A stretch of 64,000 nt of DNA, taken from the NCBI RefSeq assembly GCF_030144855.1, contig NC_082709.1, positions 65,658,001-65,722,000 of the forward strand, in the 5' to 3' direction. Below, one piece after another: positions 1-15,629 of this stretch. Positions within the stretch are counted from its first letter, which is position 1. Every line of letters begins with the position of its first letter. Position numbers and translations under genes: made by a program. The stretch is from Hypanus sabinus. Lineage: Eukaryota. The notes beneath the pieces are model-generated. The model searched no databases. It was not told where the DNA came from and saw only the letters and a list, made by a program, of their open reading frames with translations.

Positions 1-300
1 GCATTTATCCTCCACCTCACTCTATTCCTATTCTCACAGTCACGTGGCACAGGCAGTAATCCCAAGATTACTACCTTTGCGGTCCTGCTTCCCAGCTTTC
101 TTTCTGACACCCCCCCACCCCCGTACTCAGTTTTCAGGACCTCCCCTCTTTTCCTACTTATGTCATTGGTACCAATATGTACCAAGACCTCTGGCTGTTC
201 TCCTTCCCACTTCAGGATATTGTGGACATGATCAGAAATGACCCGGACCCTGGCACCTTGGAGGCAAACTACCATCTGTGTTTCTTTCCTGTGTCCACAG
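1..300 (-). mobile_element. CR1 LINE ORF1 (SGNH esterase) fragment
   Basis: Minus-strand remnants of VCLPGARV and VHIGTND motifs, same family as 16693-16968. Confidence 0.65.
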
Positions 301-666
301 AATAAAGTCCTAGATTTCATTGAATAATACAGTAGGCCAGCATTTAGCTCATTTTCTCTGTGGCCATGTTTTGAAAAAAAGCTTCAAAATCCTTACTCTA
401 TCCCCTTTAAACATTTATCCAATTTCTTTTGGAAGTTAAGATTGAAATTGCTTCCATCAACCTTCCAAGCCCTACATTTCTCATCTTCCCCTGGTTCTTC
501 TACCAACCATCTTAAATTACTGAACACTGGTTATTTTTATCACTCTACCATACTTATAATCTCACCCTTAGTACTGCGCACCACTGGAAACTCAAAAGTG
601 CCTTTTGTCCCGTTCTCCCCTGCTCCACAACACTTTAGGTTATTATCATTTGTATTAGTTTATTAC

Positions 667-781
667 CACTTCTGCAATTCGACACAAGGCCTCCTCCCAA
701 GAAGCAGATACCAGCTGCCCCTGTGGGTTCCTGACCAAAGGGACAGTTAATCGTTGTCGCTTAAGGCCATCGTATGCAAAC
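667..781 (-). CDS. NDUFS1: NDUFS1 coding exon (human exon 10 equivalent), [38 protein letters not shown]; gene continues beyond the left edge
   Basis: 115-nt exon bounded by AG/GT on the minus strand; translation matches complex I 75-kDa subunit. Confidence 0.95.
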
Positions 782-1884
782 CTGCAAAGGAAGAGAGCAT
801 ACATAGTAGATTATTTTTTAAATCATATCTATTTCAAATTAAGTTTAAAAAAAATAACAGAATTGGAAGCACCGAGACCCTGAAGACATTTGATTCCTGT
901 AACAGTTCTATTGCATGAGCAATCTCCTTTTATTTTATTTTAAAAAGAACAATTCATAATGCCACACATTTGGACAAAGAGAAGTCTTGCCCTTGGTGAA
1001 GAAAGTTTCTTTAAAATCATGAAGAATTTAGACTTTATTTCATTTATATCTGATTATTGAAAGGTTAGTAATTAAAATGATATAATTGCATGGCAATTCC
1101 TAAAACATTAACACTGACTCACTGTCCAGATGCTGCCTAATCTGCTGAGTATTTCTGCTTTTATTTCAGATGTGACCTGTACATTTTCTGCTTTTATTTC
1201 AGATTTCTAACATCTGCAGTTCTTTTAATTTGACATGGATAGACTGCTTGTTTTAAACAAGTGGCATGATGGAATTTTAGACTGATTGGGAAAGGGAAAC
1301 CAAATTAGTTGCAGACCTTGAAAGATCATTTTGAGAGAAGTAAACACAGGGCAGAAAATGAGGGATCAAGACCAACAGGGTTACTCCCAAACAGGAAGAC
1401 ACAGTCCAGGTTTAAATGCTCTCCTTTCATCTCAGAAGCATCAGCTTTATCTATATCACCTGAAGGGAACTCATATTTATGATGCCTTTTACAACTTCAG
1501 GATAATCAAAGGCAAAAATGACCTTTGAAGTGCAAACAATAACATGAAGATGACAAGATAATTCATTCCAGGTTACATCAGGCATAACTTTTGTACATGG
1601 GACCATTCTTTGCAGTAGTGTAATGGATCTTTTAGTCAGCTGAGAGAAGAACTGTGGCTTTAATACATTGTTTTGTAATGTCAACCGGATATGAGTCTGA
1701 ACTCCATCTTCATACTCAAGGATGATAGTTTTGTAACTCACATATGGCTGATAACTGAAGAGGGTAGGAAATGTATTTCTCTTCAATACAATAGCTTCCA
1801 ACATGAGCCACTCTATTCCATATCAATTCATAAAAAATTGGAATATTTTACATCACAAAATACCCATCTGATTAATATCCATCA

Positions 1885-2031
<147 letters not shown>

Positions 2032-3890
2032 TTAAGTCAGTTGAAAAAAAAATTATACCTTAAGGTTTTGGATGGAAATGACAAGTTCACCAACCACTTT
2101 GTATGTCTTCATGCTCTTCACGTTGGCAATGCCCATACATAGTATTACTGTCAGATAACAGCGTTGTATTGTCTGTATGTTAGTCACTGATTTCAAGAAC
2201 AAGAATGCCCAAATTTAAAACCCGAAGATATTTAAATTACCTGGTACTGTTACAAATCATTGGTCAACTCATCTCCAAGTATTAAGGAATCGGCTCATTC
2301 AGGGAGCTACCAAAACTTGCATAAAAGTGACTTTTCTTGACACACCCTTGTCTTTTTCCTTTTTGTGAAAGGGAAGCTTCAGTCATTCAATGCTCCCCCA
2401 AGCACAGCTGGTATTTCAGTTCACCAGGTGAGTATGAAGGCTGAAGAGATTAACTTTAGCCTTCCCTCTATTACACTTTTTAAAAATCCCTCAAAATGTG
2501 CATAAAAACCATTTCTGGGAAGGTCCACATACTGCCCACTTCTACTGAACTTGAAAAGATGATAGTGAGCCCCCTCCTTGAATTATGCAATCCTCAAGAT
2601 ATTCCCAATATATCGTCAGTTATGGAATTCCATGATTTTGAAGGGATAACAAAACAAAATTAGGATGGTGTGCTATTTGGTAAGGAGACATAGAAGTGTC
2701 TGTCTGATCTCTCTACTCCCCGTCTTCCAAGGAGTGCCAGTCATGGGGTTTGAGAATTTGATTTGAAATATAGTTGAAATATTCAAGATTTACAGAGAAC
2801 AGTCCAACATTTTTGGAGATATCAGAGACAAAATAAAGCAGATGTTACCGCAAAGAGTACTGTTACTTCTGTCTCAGAAAAAGCCGTTAGGATTTGGGAG
2901 AGATCAACTTCCTATATAATTTTTGTTGGACAATGATATTAGGGAATATGGAACCAAGCTGAGTTAAATGGGGTTGAGATATGAATTAGTTATGATCTAA
3001 CCAAATGTCCACAAAGCAGAACCGATCTCACAATTGTAACTCAAAGGAATGTACAAGCCTATCCCAATCACACAAAAAACAAGACAATAGAACCAAGAGT
3101 AGGTCACCAGACTCCTCAATCCCACATCACTTTTCAATGTCATCATGGCTAGTCTGATGCTGGCTTTAACTCCTCTTCTCTGCCAATTCTCCAAGGTCCT
3201 CTATTCCTCAATCTTTCAAATATTTATTATAATGATCCTTCACCATCCTCAGCGGCAAAGAATTCCACAGATTCACTATCCTCTCTACACATTTCAATTT
3301 CAAATTACCTTACTTTGTAGATGTGCCCCCTTGTTCATGACTATCCCAATGCTGAGTGCACTTTAGCCCCTGCTCTATTTAGCTTCCTTAGGATCTTGTA
3401 TGCTTGAATAAGGTCACTCTCAGTCTTCTAAGCTCCTAGCAAAACAGAACAAAACTGCTTAGCCTTCATGAAAGGACTACCCTTTTGTCCCAGGACTTAG
3501 CTTAGTGAATCTTCTTCCAATACTTTCAAAGCTATTATATCCCTTTTAGGCAAAGGAATCAAATTAGTGAACTATATTCAGATGTGGCCTCACCAGCATC
3601 CTTTAGAATACAATAAAGCTTAATTTCTCCTTGTACTGTTCTTAAACTCCAAATGCTTCACAGTAAAGGTCAACTCACCTTTACCTATCTAACCTGCCTG
3701 CTAACTTTTAGTGAATCATGTCCTAGAACAGCTTAATCCCTCTGAACTTCCCTCATCTACAGTCTCTCTCCACTCACAGTAGGTGATATACCACCTTTTG
3801 GTTCCTCTTGCTTAAGTATACGACCTTGCACTTCCCAACAGTAAATGTTGCAATAAGTTCCAATGCATAATAGACAAGTAAATATTGTAC

Positions 3891-4076
3891 CTGGTCTCCC
3901 AAGGCCGGGCAGTGAAGGCATAGGGCTTGGATGTCAAAGCTCCAACAGGACAGAGATCGATGATGTTCCCTGATACTTCAGACATAAACATCTTCTCAAT
4001 GTATGTCCCAACCTGCATTTCATTTCCCCTTCCTGTGGTGCCCAAGTCATCCACACCTGCCACTTCACTGGCAAAC
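3891..4076 (-). CDS. NDUFS1: NDUFS1 coding exon, [62 protein letters not shown]
   Basis: 186 nt, canonical splice sites; contained in ORF 3812..4165; CPVGAL Fe-S ligand motif. Confidence 0.98.
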
Positions 4077-5094
4077 CTGTTGATAAACAGAGTTACAAAA
4101 CTTTTCTTAAAAATATATGACTGTACATCACAGATTTTACATTCGATAAAGCACCTCCTGTTCACCTTGCCAGCTGTAAATGAGGGTTTTTATTTGGTTG
4201 TGGTTGTGATCGTATGATTTATTGCAATGTGACATCAATGCATAACATTAACTGATTTTACTATATCAGTAGATCTCCTAAAGCACTCTCAGATAATAAG
4301 TGTTCAAGTCATTTTACAAAAACAACATTCTTGGTGTGTTCTGGTGTATCGTTGCAAAGCTACAACTTTGAACCAGGGTTAGAACATGCTCAAATCCATG
4401 CACTATTTTGACTCTCTTTAATTACTGAAGTAATGTTCATCATCTTTCATTACTTCACATTGTCCCAAAGCACTTTACAGCAAAGTCTCAGCAATATAGC
4501 ATCAACTTTTGATCTTGTGGTACTTTTATCAAGGACATCCAAAAGTCACTTAACAGGATAGTGGGGGCAAATCACTACACATTCAGTAAAATAAGTAAAT
4601 TTCAAGGTCTCACTTGAAGGGGACAGAAAGGAAAAGAGAAAGAAATTTAGGAAGGAAGGGCTTTGGTAGCTGAAGGCATAACCACTAATAGCAGAATAAT
4701 TTAGAGTTGAACAAGAGGCCTAAATTAGAGAGGTGCAAAAGTAATAGGGCTGGAAATAACGCAATGATAAAGAGGAGCAAGAATATGAATGAATTTGATA
4801 TCAGCAATGAGAATTATTGAATATAGCTTTGCTGAACTGGGAGACAGTGTTTATCAGAAATCACCAAGTACTGAACACAAGAGTGGAAGATCATACATAA
4901 ACAACTTCAAAATCTGAGGGGGAGAGGGGGAGAGGGATATGTATGGGTGTGGAAATGTAGATGTCCTATGTCTGCCTCACAGTCCAATTCATTCCCTAGT
5001 AAGCATCATAGATTCTGATTGCATGTGACTCCAATAACTGGGGAAATAAATCCAATAACTGCTTCATTGGGCACAAGAAATAAAGTTGTTGTCA

Positions 5095-5235
<141 letters not shown>

Positions 5236-7655
5236 TCAACCACCACATTGGACAGGGTTTAGCACATTCGAATGGCAGCAGGCAATAATTAATAAAGCAA
5301 GAAAACGGACAGCTAACGCTACTGAAGACTAAGATACAAAACACATCCATAAAATAGAGTCCTGTCTGTTATTCAAGCTTACATTCTAACACTGAAACTG
5401 GTACCTCCACTTGAGATAGGGTGAGGAAGGTGTGAAAGGTTTGGTGGGGGTGATTGATTTCACATTTGAATTGGTTCTTCTTGTGTGCAGCCACAAAGGA
5501 AGTTAAGAGTCAACAGTAATTGCTTCTGAACAAAGGGCTTTGTATATGATTACGTCGCTCCTGAAGTTCAATGTGCAAATCTATGTCTTACAAAGATACA
5601 ATACACCATTCATACAGACCAGATAGTTCATTCATTTTAAAAGCCACATAGAAAACACATGGAATTCTCTTCAGAGACAAAATTTCATTGCCTTCAGATT
5701 ATTCTTATTCCACTTCCTCAGTAAATCTGACCTTAAATAACTGTATAAAAGAAAACACTGGGCAATGCTTTCCTCTTGCTCTGCACATATTTTATCATGA
5801 TAAGCCACTGAATTTCCCTAATCTACGTGGTTCTAGTTCCTTCCTACTGTTTAATTTTTATTGTTGACCCTTCTCCCAGCAGTGTTCCCTCTCTTCCCCA
5901 AATCTACACTTTGCAGAAATGCTATTCAACTTGTTTTTGCTCAGTATTATTGATCTACATTCTTTTATTTATTATTTGTACAATTTGTCCTCCGTTGCAC
6001 ATTGGTTGCTTGTCTGTTTTTGTCATGTATAGATTTTCATAAACTCTGTTGTATTTCTTTATATTCCTGTAAATGCCTGCAAGAAAATGAATCTCAAGGT
6101 ACTAAATGGTGATATATATGTACTTTGATAATAAATTTACTTTAAACTTCGAACATCTTAAAACTGGCCCTTATTTCCTACTATTAAGAGCACCCACACA
6201 CCACTACACTGACTGAGCATTCTTTGGACAAATCTTTCTATTGCTAGTTTTGTTTAATCACTTGAAGGCACAATATGACACATTTGAAGTACAATGTGCA
6301 GCAATCTGTTTAGCTACAAGGAAGCAGATTCAAGGTTAATAATACAGAATGGGAACTGCAAGAACAAGATTAGGTCTTTCTACCATTTAATTAGATTGTA
6401 TCAGACTGGTACCTCAATTCTAATATCATATTGGTACCTCAACTCCCTAAGTACCATTCTGAATACTGTTACTCTCAATATCTTCACTTAACATTAATAC
6501 CCTGCTGTGAATTTTTAAAGTAGCCAACTTCAAATTTTTAGGGAAAGGTGATCTGGTGGACAGAGTTCCAACTTTGTGTGTGAATTGCTACTGAATCAAT
6601 GTTGACTGGCCAAGCTTCAATTTTAAAGTTGTGTTCCTTGCTCTTATTTTTCCCTTTTTGCAGCAGCTTCCTTTTGTACCTTATTAAACCAATTCAACAC
6701 CTCAGCCTGGTTACCCACTAATCTTCTACCAAACCAAAGTCTCACTCATGCAGCTTTTTGTAATGTGAACACTATTTCACTCTGATGTCATCTTTTTGGA
6801 TCAGATTAATACATATGAGGTTCACTACAGTATTTCACCTAATCAACGAGCAGCACGCGAATCAGTGCTAATTGTACAAGGCATGCTAATTTGCAACCAT
6901 CAGTAAATCAAACACTGGAAGATTATTTGCTGCACTCTTCCCAAGTAGGTTTCAAGGATACATTTAATGTCAGAGAAATGCATACAATATACATCCTGAA
7001 ATGAGAAGAGGTCAAATAATATCGTAGATCGGAACTGCAAAGGAAACTAGAGATATCTCTTACTGCAGCCTGACTCACTGTTTCACTATATTGTAACTCC
7101 TATGTAACAGGTAGCACAGGAAATCCATTAATAAACCTTTCATCAAGTCAGTCTAGATTTTATATTATTAAGCTAAACATTTCACGTCTTTGAAGGAAAC
7201 GCTTTCTTAATTTTCAGCGCATTTGATTTTTACTTTGTACTTCTGTATTTTTAAACACACACCTTACTATTTTTTAAATTACTTAAAGTGAAGTACAACA
7301 GGAATGATTGTGAACCTTACAGGGGGTTCAGTTTGGTTTCCGGGCTTTGCTCCATTGCCAGATTCACCTCAGTTTAAAGAGATCTGGAGCTCATTTACAC
7401 AAGAGGTCCTTGGCATTGAATATCAATGCAATATCTGGTGTGAGGAGGTGACTGGGAGGTGGGAAAGGGGCTTCTTTTGCTGGTGTTGTTCAGTTGAACG
7501 TTGCAGGCGTGCTACGTTGGCAATGGAATTTGTGGCGGCATTTGTGGGCTGCTCCCAGCACATCCTTGGTGCATTGGTTAATGCAAATGATGCATTGCAC
7601 TGTCAGCCTTGATGTAGGGGTAATAAATCAATCTAAATCTGAATCAGCACCTTTA

Positions 7656-7865
<210 letters not shown>

Positions 7866-8144
7866 TCATTATCTAATTTAACAATGAATATTACAAAAAC
7901 AAGTAGAGTATCTGAATGTTTAGGCTCTGGTTTAAATGACACTTGAAACGTATTCTACTTACACCTTTCAATCCATGTTTATGATCTTATATTTTAACTA
8001 AATATAATAGTGACGTGTTTCTCATTTCCCTTAGTCTTTTAATTATTTTATTAAATTATAATCACTGTAGATTGCAACCAATGGCTGGATATGCAGCACG
8101 TAAAAGGCAGATTCATACAACATGGAGATTTCACCTTACTTTAC

Positions 8145-8221
8145 CTGGCTTTCTTGGTTTTTTCTGAGTTAGTAAGGATATTCCACCCCTTCATTACTGG
8201 CATAGCACAGGCAGCTACAGG
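8145..8221 (-). CDS. NDUFS1: NDUFS1 coding exon, PVAACAMPVMKGWNILTNSEKTKKAR
   Basis: 77 nt, canonical splice sites. Confidence 0.96.
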
Positions 8222-8781
8222 CTAAGGAGAAAGGGTAAAACTGGTTTGCAACTGGTGCTATCAATAGAAGATATTGAACTTCTAACAGTAACAACTTTCC
8301 ACAATGATATTTTAATGAGGGGATCTATTTATTTTCTGTTTATTTGATTTTAAATGAGGAAAGGTCGTCTTCTTTCAAAAGTAAATGCATTTCAACATTT
8401 GCAATATTTTTAACATATCTAAAATGTCTAATCATTCTTTGGTGCCAATGTCATAATAATCCCAACGTATTGGTGGCAAATCCACTTATCTTCATGTTTT
8501 AATTACGTGTGTACACAGGGGAAGAGGAGTGGGGTGAGTTGAGAATAAAGAAATGGCATAGCTTCAGTCAGCAGCCAGCACTGCTTCCAACTATGCAGAG
8601 TACATGATTCTTTCCCAGTTGAAGAATTATTTCTCCTTCTCATAGATAAATACATTCACCCTACTCAATGACATCATTGTTTCACTGACAGGTCACCTAT
8701 CATCACCCCCAATTCACTTCCTTGTTTCCCATTGCTCATACGTTCCATCACATGAACCCCATTATAAGATACAAACTCTCA

Positions 8782-9595
<814 letters not shown>

Positions 9596-9604
9596 TCTTG
9601 TCCT

Positions 9605-11440
9605 CATATGCCTACTCCATTCTATCCAACTTGGTTCAGTCCCTTCCCACCTACATCTGCGACACTTTACGTGCTCTTGATCACCTCAACTGCAGCCAAT
9701 TCCCGGGTTCTGACAGCCTCATTTTCGCAATGGATGTCCAGTCCCTATACAGTTCTATCCCCCATCATGAAGGCCTTAAGGCTCTCCACTTATTTCTCAG
9801 CTCCATTCAAGGCCCCAAACATTCCTTCCAAATGGGGCAATACTTCAATGCGAATCTGTTGGGTTGTCCATTGTATCCGGTGCTCCCAATGTGGCTTCCT
9901 CTACATTGGTGAGACTCAATGTAAACCATTTCAATTCTTATATTCATTTCTGTTCCAACCAGTTTCCCTCCACTACCACCCTCCTCTGTTCAGCAGAACT
10001 GGTCCTCACCCTCGAAACAATTTCTCCTCCATTTCCCCTACTTTCTTCAAACTCAAGAAGTAGCCATGAGCACCTGCAAGGGCCCCAGCTATCCTGCCAT
10101 TTTCTTGGCAATGGGGAATCGTCCGTGTTCTGTTCCAGGCCTTCCCTGGTAATGCTCCCCAACTCTTACTGCACTACATTGATGACTGCATCGGTGGTGT
10201 TTCATGTACGCTTGCTGAACGCATCGATCTCATCAACTTTGCCTCCAACCTCCACCCTACCCTTAAATTCACTTGATCCATTTCTGACACCTCTCTCCCC
10301 TTTCTCAATCTTCCTGTCTCCATCTCTAGAGACAAACTGTCTACCAACATATTTTATAATTCTACCAATTCCCATGGCCATCTTCACTGTACCTCTTCTC
10401 ACCCTGTCCCCTGCAAAAATGCTATTTCCCATTCTCAGTTTTGTCATCTTTGCGACATCTGTTCCCAAGGTGAGGCTTTCCTTTCCAGGACTCCTCCTTC
10501 TTCAAAGAACAGGGTTTCCCTTCCTCCACCACCTCAACTACAACACATCCATTTCCCAGACACCTGTGCTCAGCCCACCTTCCTTCCACCTTAACGGTGA
10601 TAGAGTTCCTCATCCTCACCTATCACCCCATGAGCCTCCACATGCAATATATCATTCACCGCGACTTCCGCATCTTCAACAGGATCCCACTATCAAACAC
10701 ACCTTTACTCCACACCCCCCTCCCCCGACTCTGTTTTCTGCAGGAATTACTCCCTCTGCAATTCCCTTGTCCATTCCTTCCTCTCCACCAATCTCCCTCC
10801 TGGCACATATCCCTGCAAGCGAGAGAAATGCTACACCTGCCCATTCATCTCCTCCCTCACCTCCATCGAGGGCCACAAACAGTCCTTCCAGATGAGGCAC
10901 CTGTGAATCTGCTGAGTTGTCTATTGTATCCAGTACTCCCGATGTGGCCTCTTCTACATTGATGAGACCCAAGGCAAGCCATTTTAATTCTTATCCTTTT
11001 TCCTGTTACAACATTTTGGTCCATGGCCTCCTCTTCTGCCATGATCAGGCCACTCTCAGGGCGGAAGAGCAATACCTCATATTCTGCCTAGGTACCCTCC
11101 AGCCTGATAGCATGAACAGTGATTTCTCCTTCTGGTAGATTTTTTTTCCATCCCACCACACCCCCACTCTATTTCCCACAGGCCTCTTACCTCTTCTCCT
11201 CACCAGCTTATCACCTGGTACCTCTCCTTTGTTCCCCTCTCCTCTCCCATCAGTCTTTCTTCTCCAGTTTACCTTTCCCACCCCCCACCTCCCCTATCAC
11301 CTTCTAGTGTGTGTTCTTCCCCCTCACCCTTTTTATTCTGGCATCTTCCCCCTTCTTGATGAATGGTCTCATTTTGAAACATCAACCATTTATTCATTTT
11401 CATAGATGCTGCCTGACATGCTAAGTTCATCCAGCGTTTT
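9605..11440 (+). mobile_element. Decayed Penelope-like retroelement (RT plus GIY-YIG endonuclease plus 3' tail)
   Basis: MDVQSLYSSIPH, VAMSTCKGPSY, HYIDDCIG and CIRCSQCGFLYIGET motifs in shifting frames; degenerate hammerhead at 11356-11387. Confidence 0.85.
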
Positions 11441-12584
11441 ATTTGTGTCCCTCCATATATCAATGCTTTAAGGGTCCTGACATGTACTGCATAGTTTCCT
11501 TGACCTCCAAAAGTGCAACATTTCACACCCGTCTGTCATGTCTTCACCGTTTTTCCAACTGTGCCATTTCATGGTATTGGTACTTTACCATATTCTGATA
11601 TATTTTCTTATTTATTTTGGGAAGTCCTCAGCTAATGAGCCATGTATTTAGCAGTAAATCATTACTGAAGCTATTGAAAACCATTAAATAAATAGTTGAT
11701 TTTTTTTGAAAAACTTAAAATGCTGTTTTAGCTTCTACAACATAATGAAACTTGCTGATTTGACAAAGCAATTTAAACACTTAGGAACAAAAAGGTCATT
11801 TAGCCAGCAGAGTTAGTCCTACTATTCAGGTCTCTAGCTGTGACCCGAGTCCAAATCTGCAAACATCTGGCTCTCCCCCACACCATTGATATTTATTAAT
11901 TACTATGTATTAAGGTGTGTAATTTTAAAGCTCTGAATATTAATAATGCACACAGAATCAATTTCCATTTACTGAAGAATTCCGAGTTCAACCATCCTTT
12001 GCTTATAGAAGTACACCCCATCTTCATTCTTGAAAGGTTAGTTTTCATCTTTAGATTACTTCATCTGGCCCGAGACATATCAACAGACAAATTTAGTTTC
12101 TCGGCATCTACCTATTCATTTCCCTCAGTACCCTGAAAAATTTGATTCAAAATCCCAGAGGATTAAAGCTGAAATTTCCAAATTCACTTGTTGTAAATCT
12201 TTGCTCATTCCAAGGATTGATGCCCAGAAAGAATATACATCAAATGTGGATTAATTAGGATCTTATAAATTATAGCATAACTTCAACTCCTTATAGAAGG
12301 GTCAACGAGTATTTCTTGTTCCTAAAGATATGTCAATGACCTATCCACTTTTTTCCCCAAACAAGCTTTTGGTCCTCTGCACTTTCTTGCTTTTCACTAA
12401 TCAGGCACTACTCTGATCTATCTTGTTCACTCCAAAGTGAGCAATCTGATATGTATCTATAGAGCAATTCATTTGCCAGGGTAGGACACTCCCTTAATCT
12501 AATAACATTGCTGGAATTTATGCATATATCATCTGTTCTGTTTATATTGTTGCCTATCTTTTTGAACCCAGAAAAAAATGGATA

Positions 12585-13292
12585 CATTGGATTCTGGTTT
12601 ATTGGATCATCGGGTTAATCAGGGCAGCCAATTACTAAAGAACAAAATTATTAAAGGACAACTCTTAAAGAACAAAAATTGAGAAGATTGCCAGAATTCC
12701 CTTTGTTTACTTGGGACACTATACTACTTAAATGTGTCAGGAGACTATTGTCAAACAGTTTCTAACTAGCATCAGTCACGTGCGCTTGCGTGGCCATTAG
12801 ACACTACACTGTGCATACAGCGAACAGTTTTTAAATAGTGTCAGTTGTATGTGTTTGTGTTCAAGAAGCTTTAGGACAAATAATTTGAAGGTATCAACAA
12901 CTGTCTTCAATGTTTCAAGGAAAATGAAGATTTAGAGGATGCAATCATTGAAAGCGTTGTATGAGGCAGTCCATTATCTACGGTAGGTGTCTGCACCGAT
13001 TTACCGTCAATCAAAAGAATATGTCAGCCTACATTGTTTGAATTCCTCAGTCGATAACTATTAGGAAGTAATGCACAGTTTTATAGTGCAGTGCTATAGT
13101 AGTACTGATAGTATTCTAATTTGTTCTGTATTTCATTAAAATGCATAATTTGTTACTGAGTTAAATGGTAGCTTGTCTTTTTTTAAATACCTTTCTAATC
13201 TATTTTCATAAAAGTTCAGCTAATTAGGGGAGCCACTTAATCAGGCCAAAATGTACTGGTCTTGATATGTCCCAATTAAGCAGAATCCATTA
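12585..13292 (+). mobile_element. Tigger/pogo-like non-autonomous DNA transposon
   Basis: TIR CA(G/T)TGGATTCTGGTT(A)ATTGG ... CCCAATTAAGCAGAATCCA, TA flank; related copies at 24447 and 56841. Confidence 0.75.
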
Positions 13293-13656
13293 CACTTGGC
13301 TCTTTATTACATCTACTGGTATAACAAATAGGCCAATTAGTAGAAACCTACAAACAAATACTAGGATTTTAAGATTGGGTTTATTTGTCAAATGTACAGT
13401 ACAAACTCCTTACAGGTGACGGCTGGAATTGAATGCCAACCTTCTGATCACTTGCTATAAAGCATAATTGTAACCACTGCGCTACTGTACCAACCACCAT
13501 ATTCACTGCCACGTGCTTGTGAAAAATATTGTTACCCACTCCAATAATTATTTTCTCCCTAACGTCCTGTCTTGTCACAATAGATTACCGATCAACCTTA
13601 ACATTGCCCTCTTCTGTAATAACAGGAATTGAAGTTATTGGGTTAGGAAGACATAC

Positions 13657-13748
13657 CTGTAGAACAGTGGTTCCAGGCTCTACCATCACTGGCTTGCCAT
13701 CAACAAACACCTCCACCAGGTTGCTAGCTGCTGTGGATGTGCAGCGAA
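13657..13748 (-). CDS. NDUFS1: NDUFS1 coding exon, (V)[30 protein letters not shown]
   Basis: 92 nt, canonical splice sites. Confidence 0.96.
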
Positions 13749-14744
13749 CTGAAAACATTGAGAGAACAACCAGGATTAGTACTCCAGGAGTAAATCACCA
13801 CAAAGACATGAAATACACTACTGGAACAGGAAAAGAAAGTCAGACAATTAAGAAGTCATTTAAAACACCCAACAATGGCCAACAACATCCAATTTTACTT
13901 TACATTTCTGTGCTAGTGTGTATCATGATCTCAGACTTGGCTTCCACCATTGTTCAGCCAATTAAGTAATCTGAGTTATGGCCCCATAAATATGTGATCC
14001 TGAACCAAGTTCAAGTTCAGTTTATTGTCATTTAATTGTACACAAGTAAACAATCAAATGAAACAATGTCCATCCAAATCAAGGAGCACAACACAGTACA
14101 TATAACTCACATACACAACGCCAAGTAATATTATCACAAACAAATTAACAAATAATAAGGTGCACATATAACACAAGTTAAAAAATAAACAGTATAATAC
14201 TACTGGCACTTCATACATTATGAGACCTGGGTGGTGGCAGGGAGTTCAGTAACCTTACGGACTGGGGAGGAAGAAGCTGTTTCCCATCCTAGCATACCTT
14301 AACGCTACGGTACCTCCTGCCTGATGGTGGGGTCCAAAGAGAAAGAAGACATGGGCAGTGACACTGGGGAAGGGAGAGAAACTGTGTGAAAGGCTGACAC
14401 ATTTACATGTCTGGAACTGGTTCCAATTCCACTTGGGGTATTACGTGGCTTATTTTAACCCGTACAAACAAACTCCACATCACTACCCTTGAGTAACATG
14501 AGCTGTGTTGCACAATTTTTGTCAGAGGAGCTTGAATGATTGGGAACTACCTTTACTTGGGACAGGTCTTCACTTAAGCTATAAAGCTTTGCTTAAAAAC
14601 TACAGCTCCTAGAAGCAGAGGATAGGTAGAGTCAACAGAACAAAATTGGTGAAAAGACATTTTAAATTCATATTTCTGAACCTTATCAACAATCCTAAAA
14701 TTACGCAATTAAATGGAGCTTGATTTTATTCATTCGAGGGACGT

Positions 14745-15012
14745 GGGGTGCCACAATAGCACAGCGGTTAGTCTGACACTATTACTGCTCAGAGCGTTGG
14801 AGTTCAAAGTTCAACTCCAATGCCGCCTGTAAGAAGTTTGTATGTTCTTCCCGTGAGCGCCTGGGTTTCCTACAGGTTCTCCAGTTTCCTCCCGCATTCC
14901 AAACTGGAAATTGTCCTAAAATTAGGCTTGGGTTAAATAGGTGGGTTGCTGGGCAGTACAGCTCGTTGTGACAGAAGGGACTGGTCTGCGCAAAAACTCT
15001 AAATAATAAATA
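14745..15012 (+). mobile_element. tRNA-derived V-SINE (HE1-like)
   Basis: A/B-box-like head, V-domain GTTTGTATGTTCTTCCCGTG...GGGTTTCC...GTTTCCTCCC, (TAAA)n tail. Confidence 0.75.
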
Positions 15013-15629
15013 AATCTGCCCTTCCAGTGGTAATGGTAAGCCACTGCAGTAATTGAAGTGTAGTTTACACACTATTTTGTAAGAGAGAAAGTTCCAGCAT
15101 TTTGACGCAGCAATGGTGAAGGACTAGTGATATATTCACATCAAGATGGTGCATAGCTTGGAGGGCAATTTCCAGCTGGTGGAATTGCTGCACTTTTGTT
15201 GCTCTCGTCTTTCGAGCTAGTGGCCTGGAAGGCACTGTCTAAGGATAATCAGTAAGGGGCTGCAGTGCATCTTGTAGATGGTACAATTTATGTGTCAGTC
15301 ATGAAGTGAGCGAATATTTGTGACTGGGGAGCCGATCAAGTGGACAGTTATGTCCTGTATAGTGTCGATCTTCTTGAGTGCTGTTGAAGCTACACTCACC
15401 TGGGCAAGTGGAAGAGCATTCCACCAAACTCCTGACTGGGCCTTTTAGATGTGGACAGGTTTTGAGGAATTAGATGAGTTACTCCCGAGAGGAGTTCTAG
15501 CCTCTGACCCGTTTTTGCAGGCACATTGTGTATATGGTCACTCCTGTTCAGTTTCTAGTCAATGATCGTCCCCAGTTATTGATAGTGGGAGACTTAGTGA
15601 AGTAATGCCATTCAGTGTCACGAAGCAAT

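Noticed and set aside
9864-10895. 343-aa ORF, the longest in the track
   Set aside because: Low-complexity Ser/Pro/Leu-rich off-frame reading of a decayed Penelope element; the real RT and endonuclease motifs are in other frames
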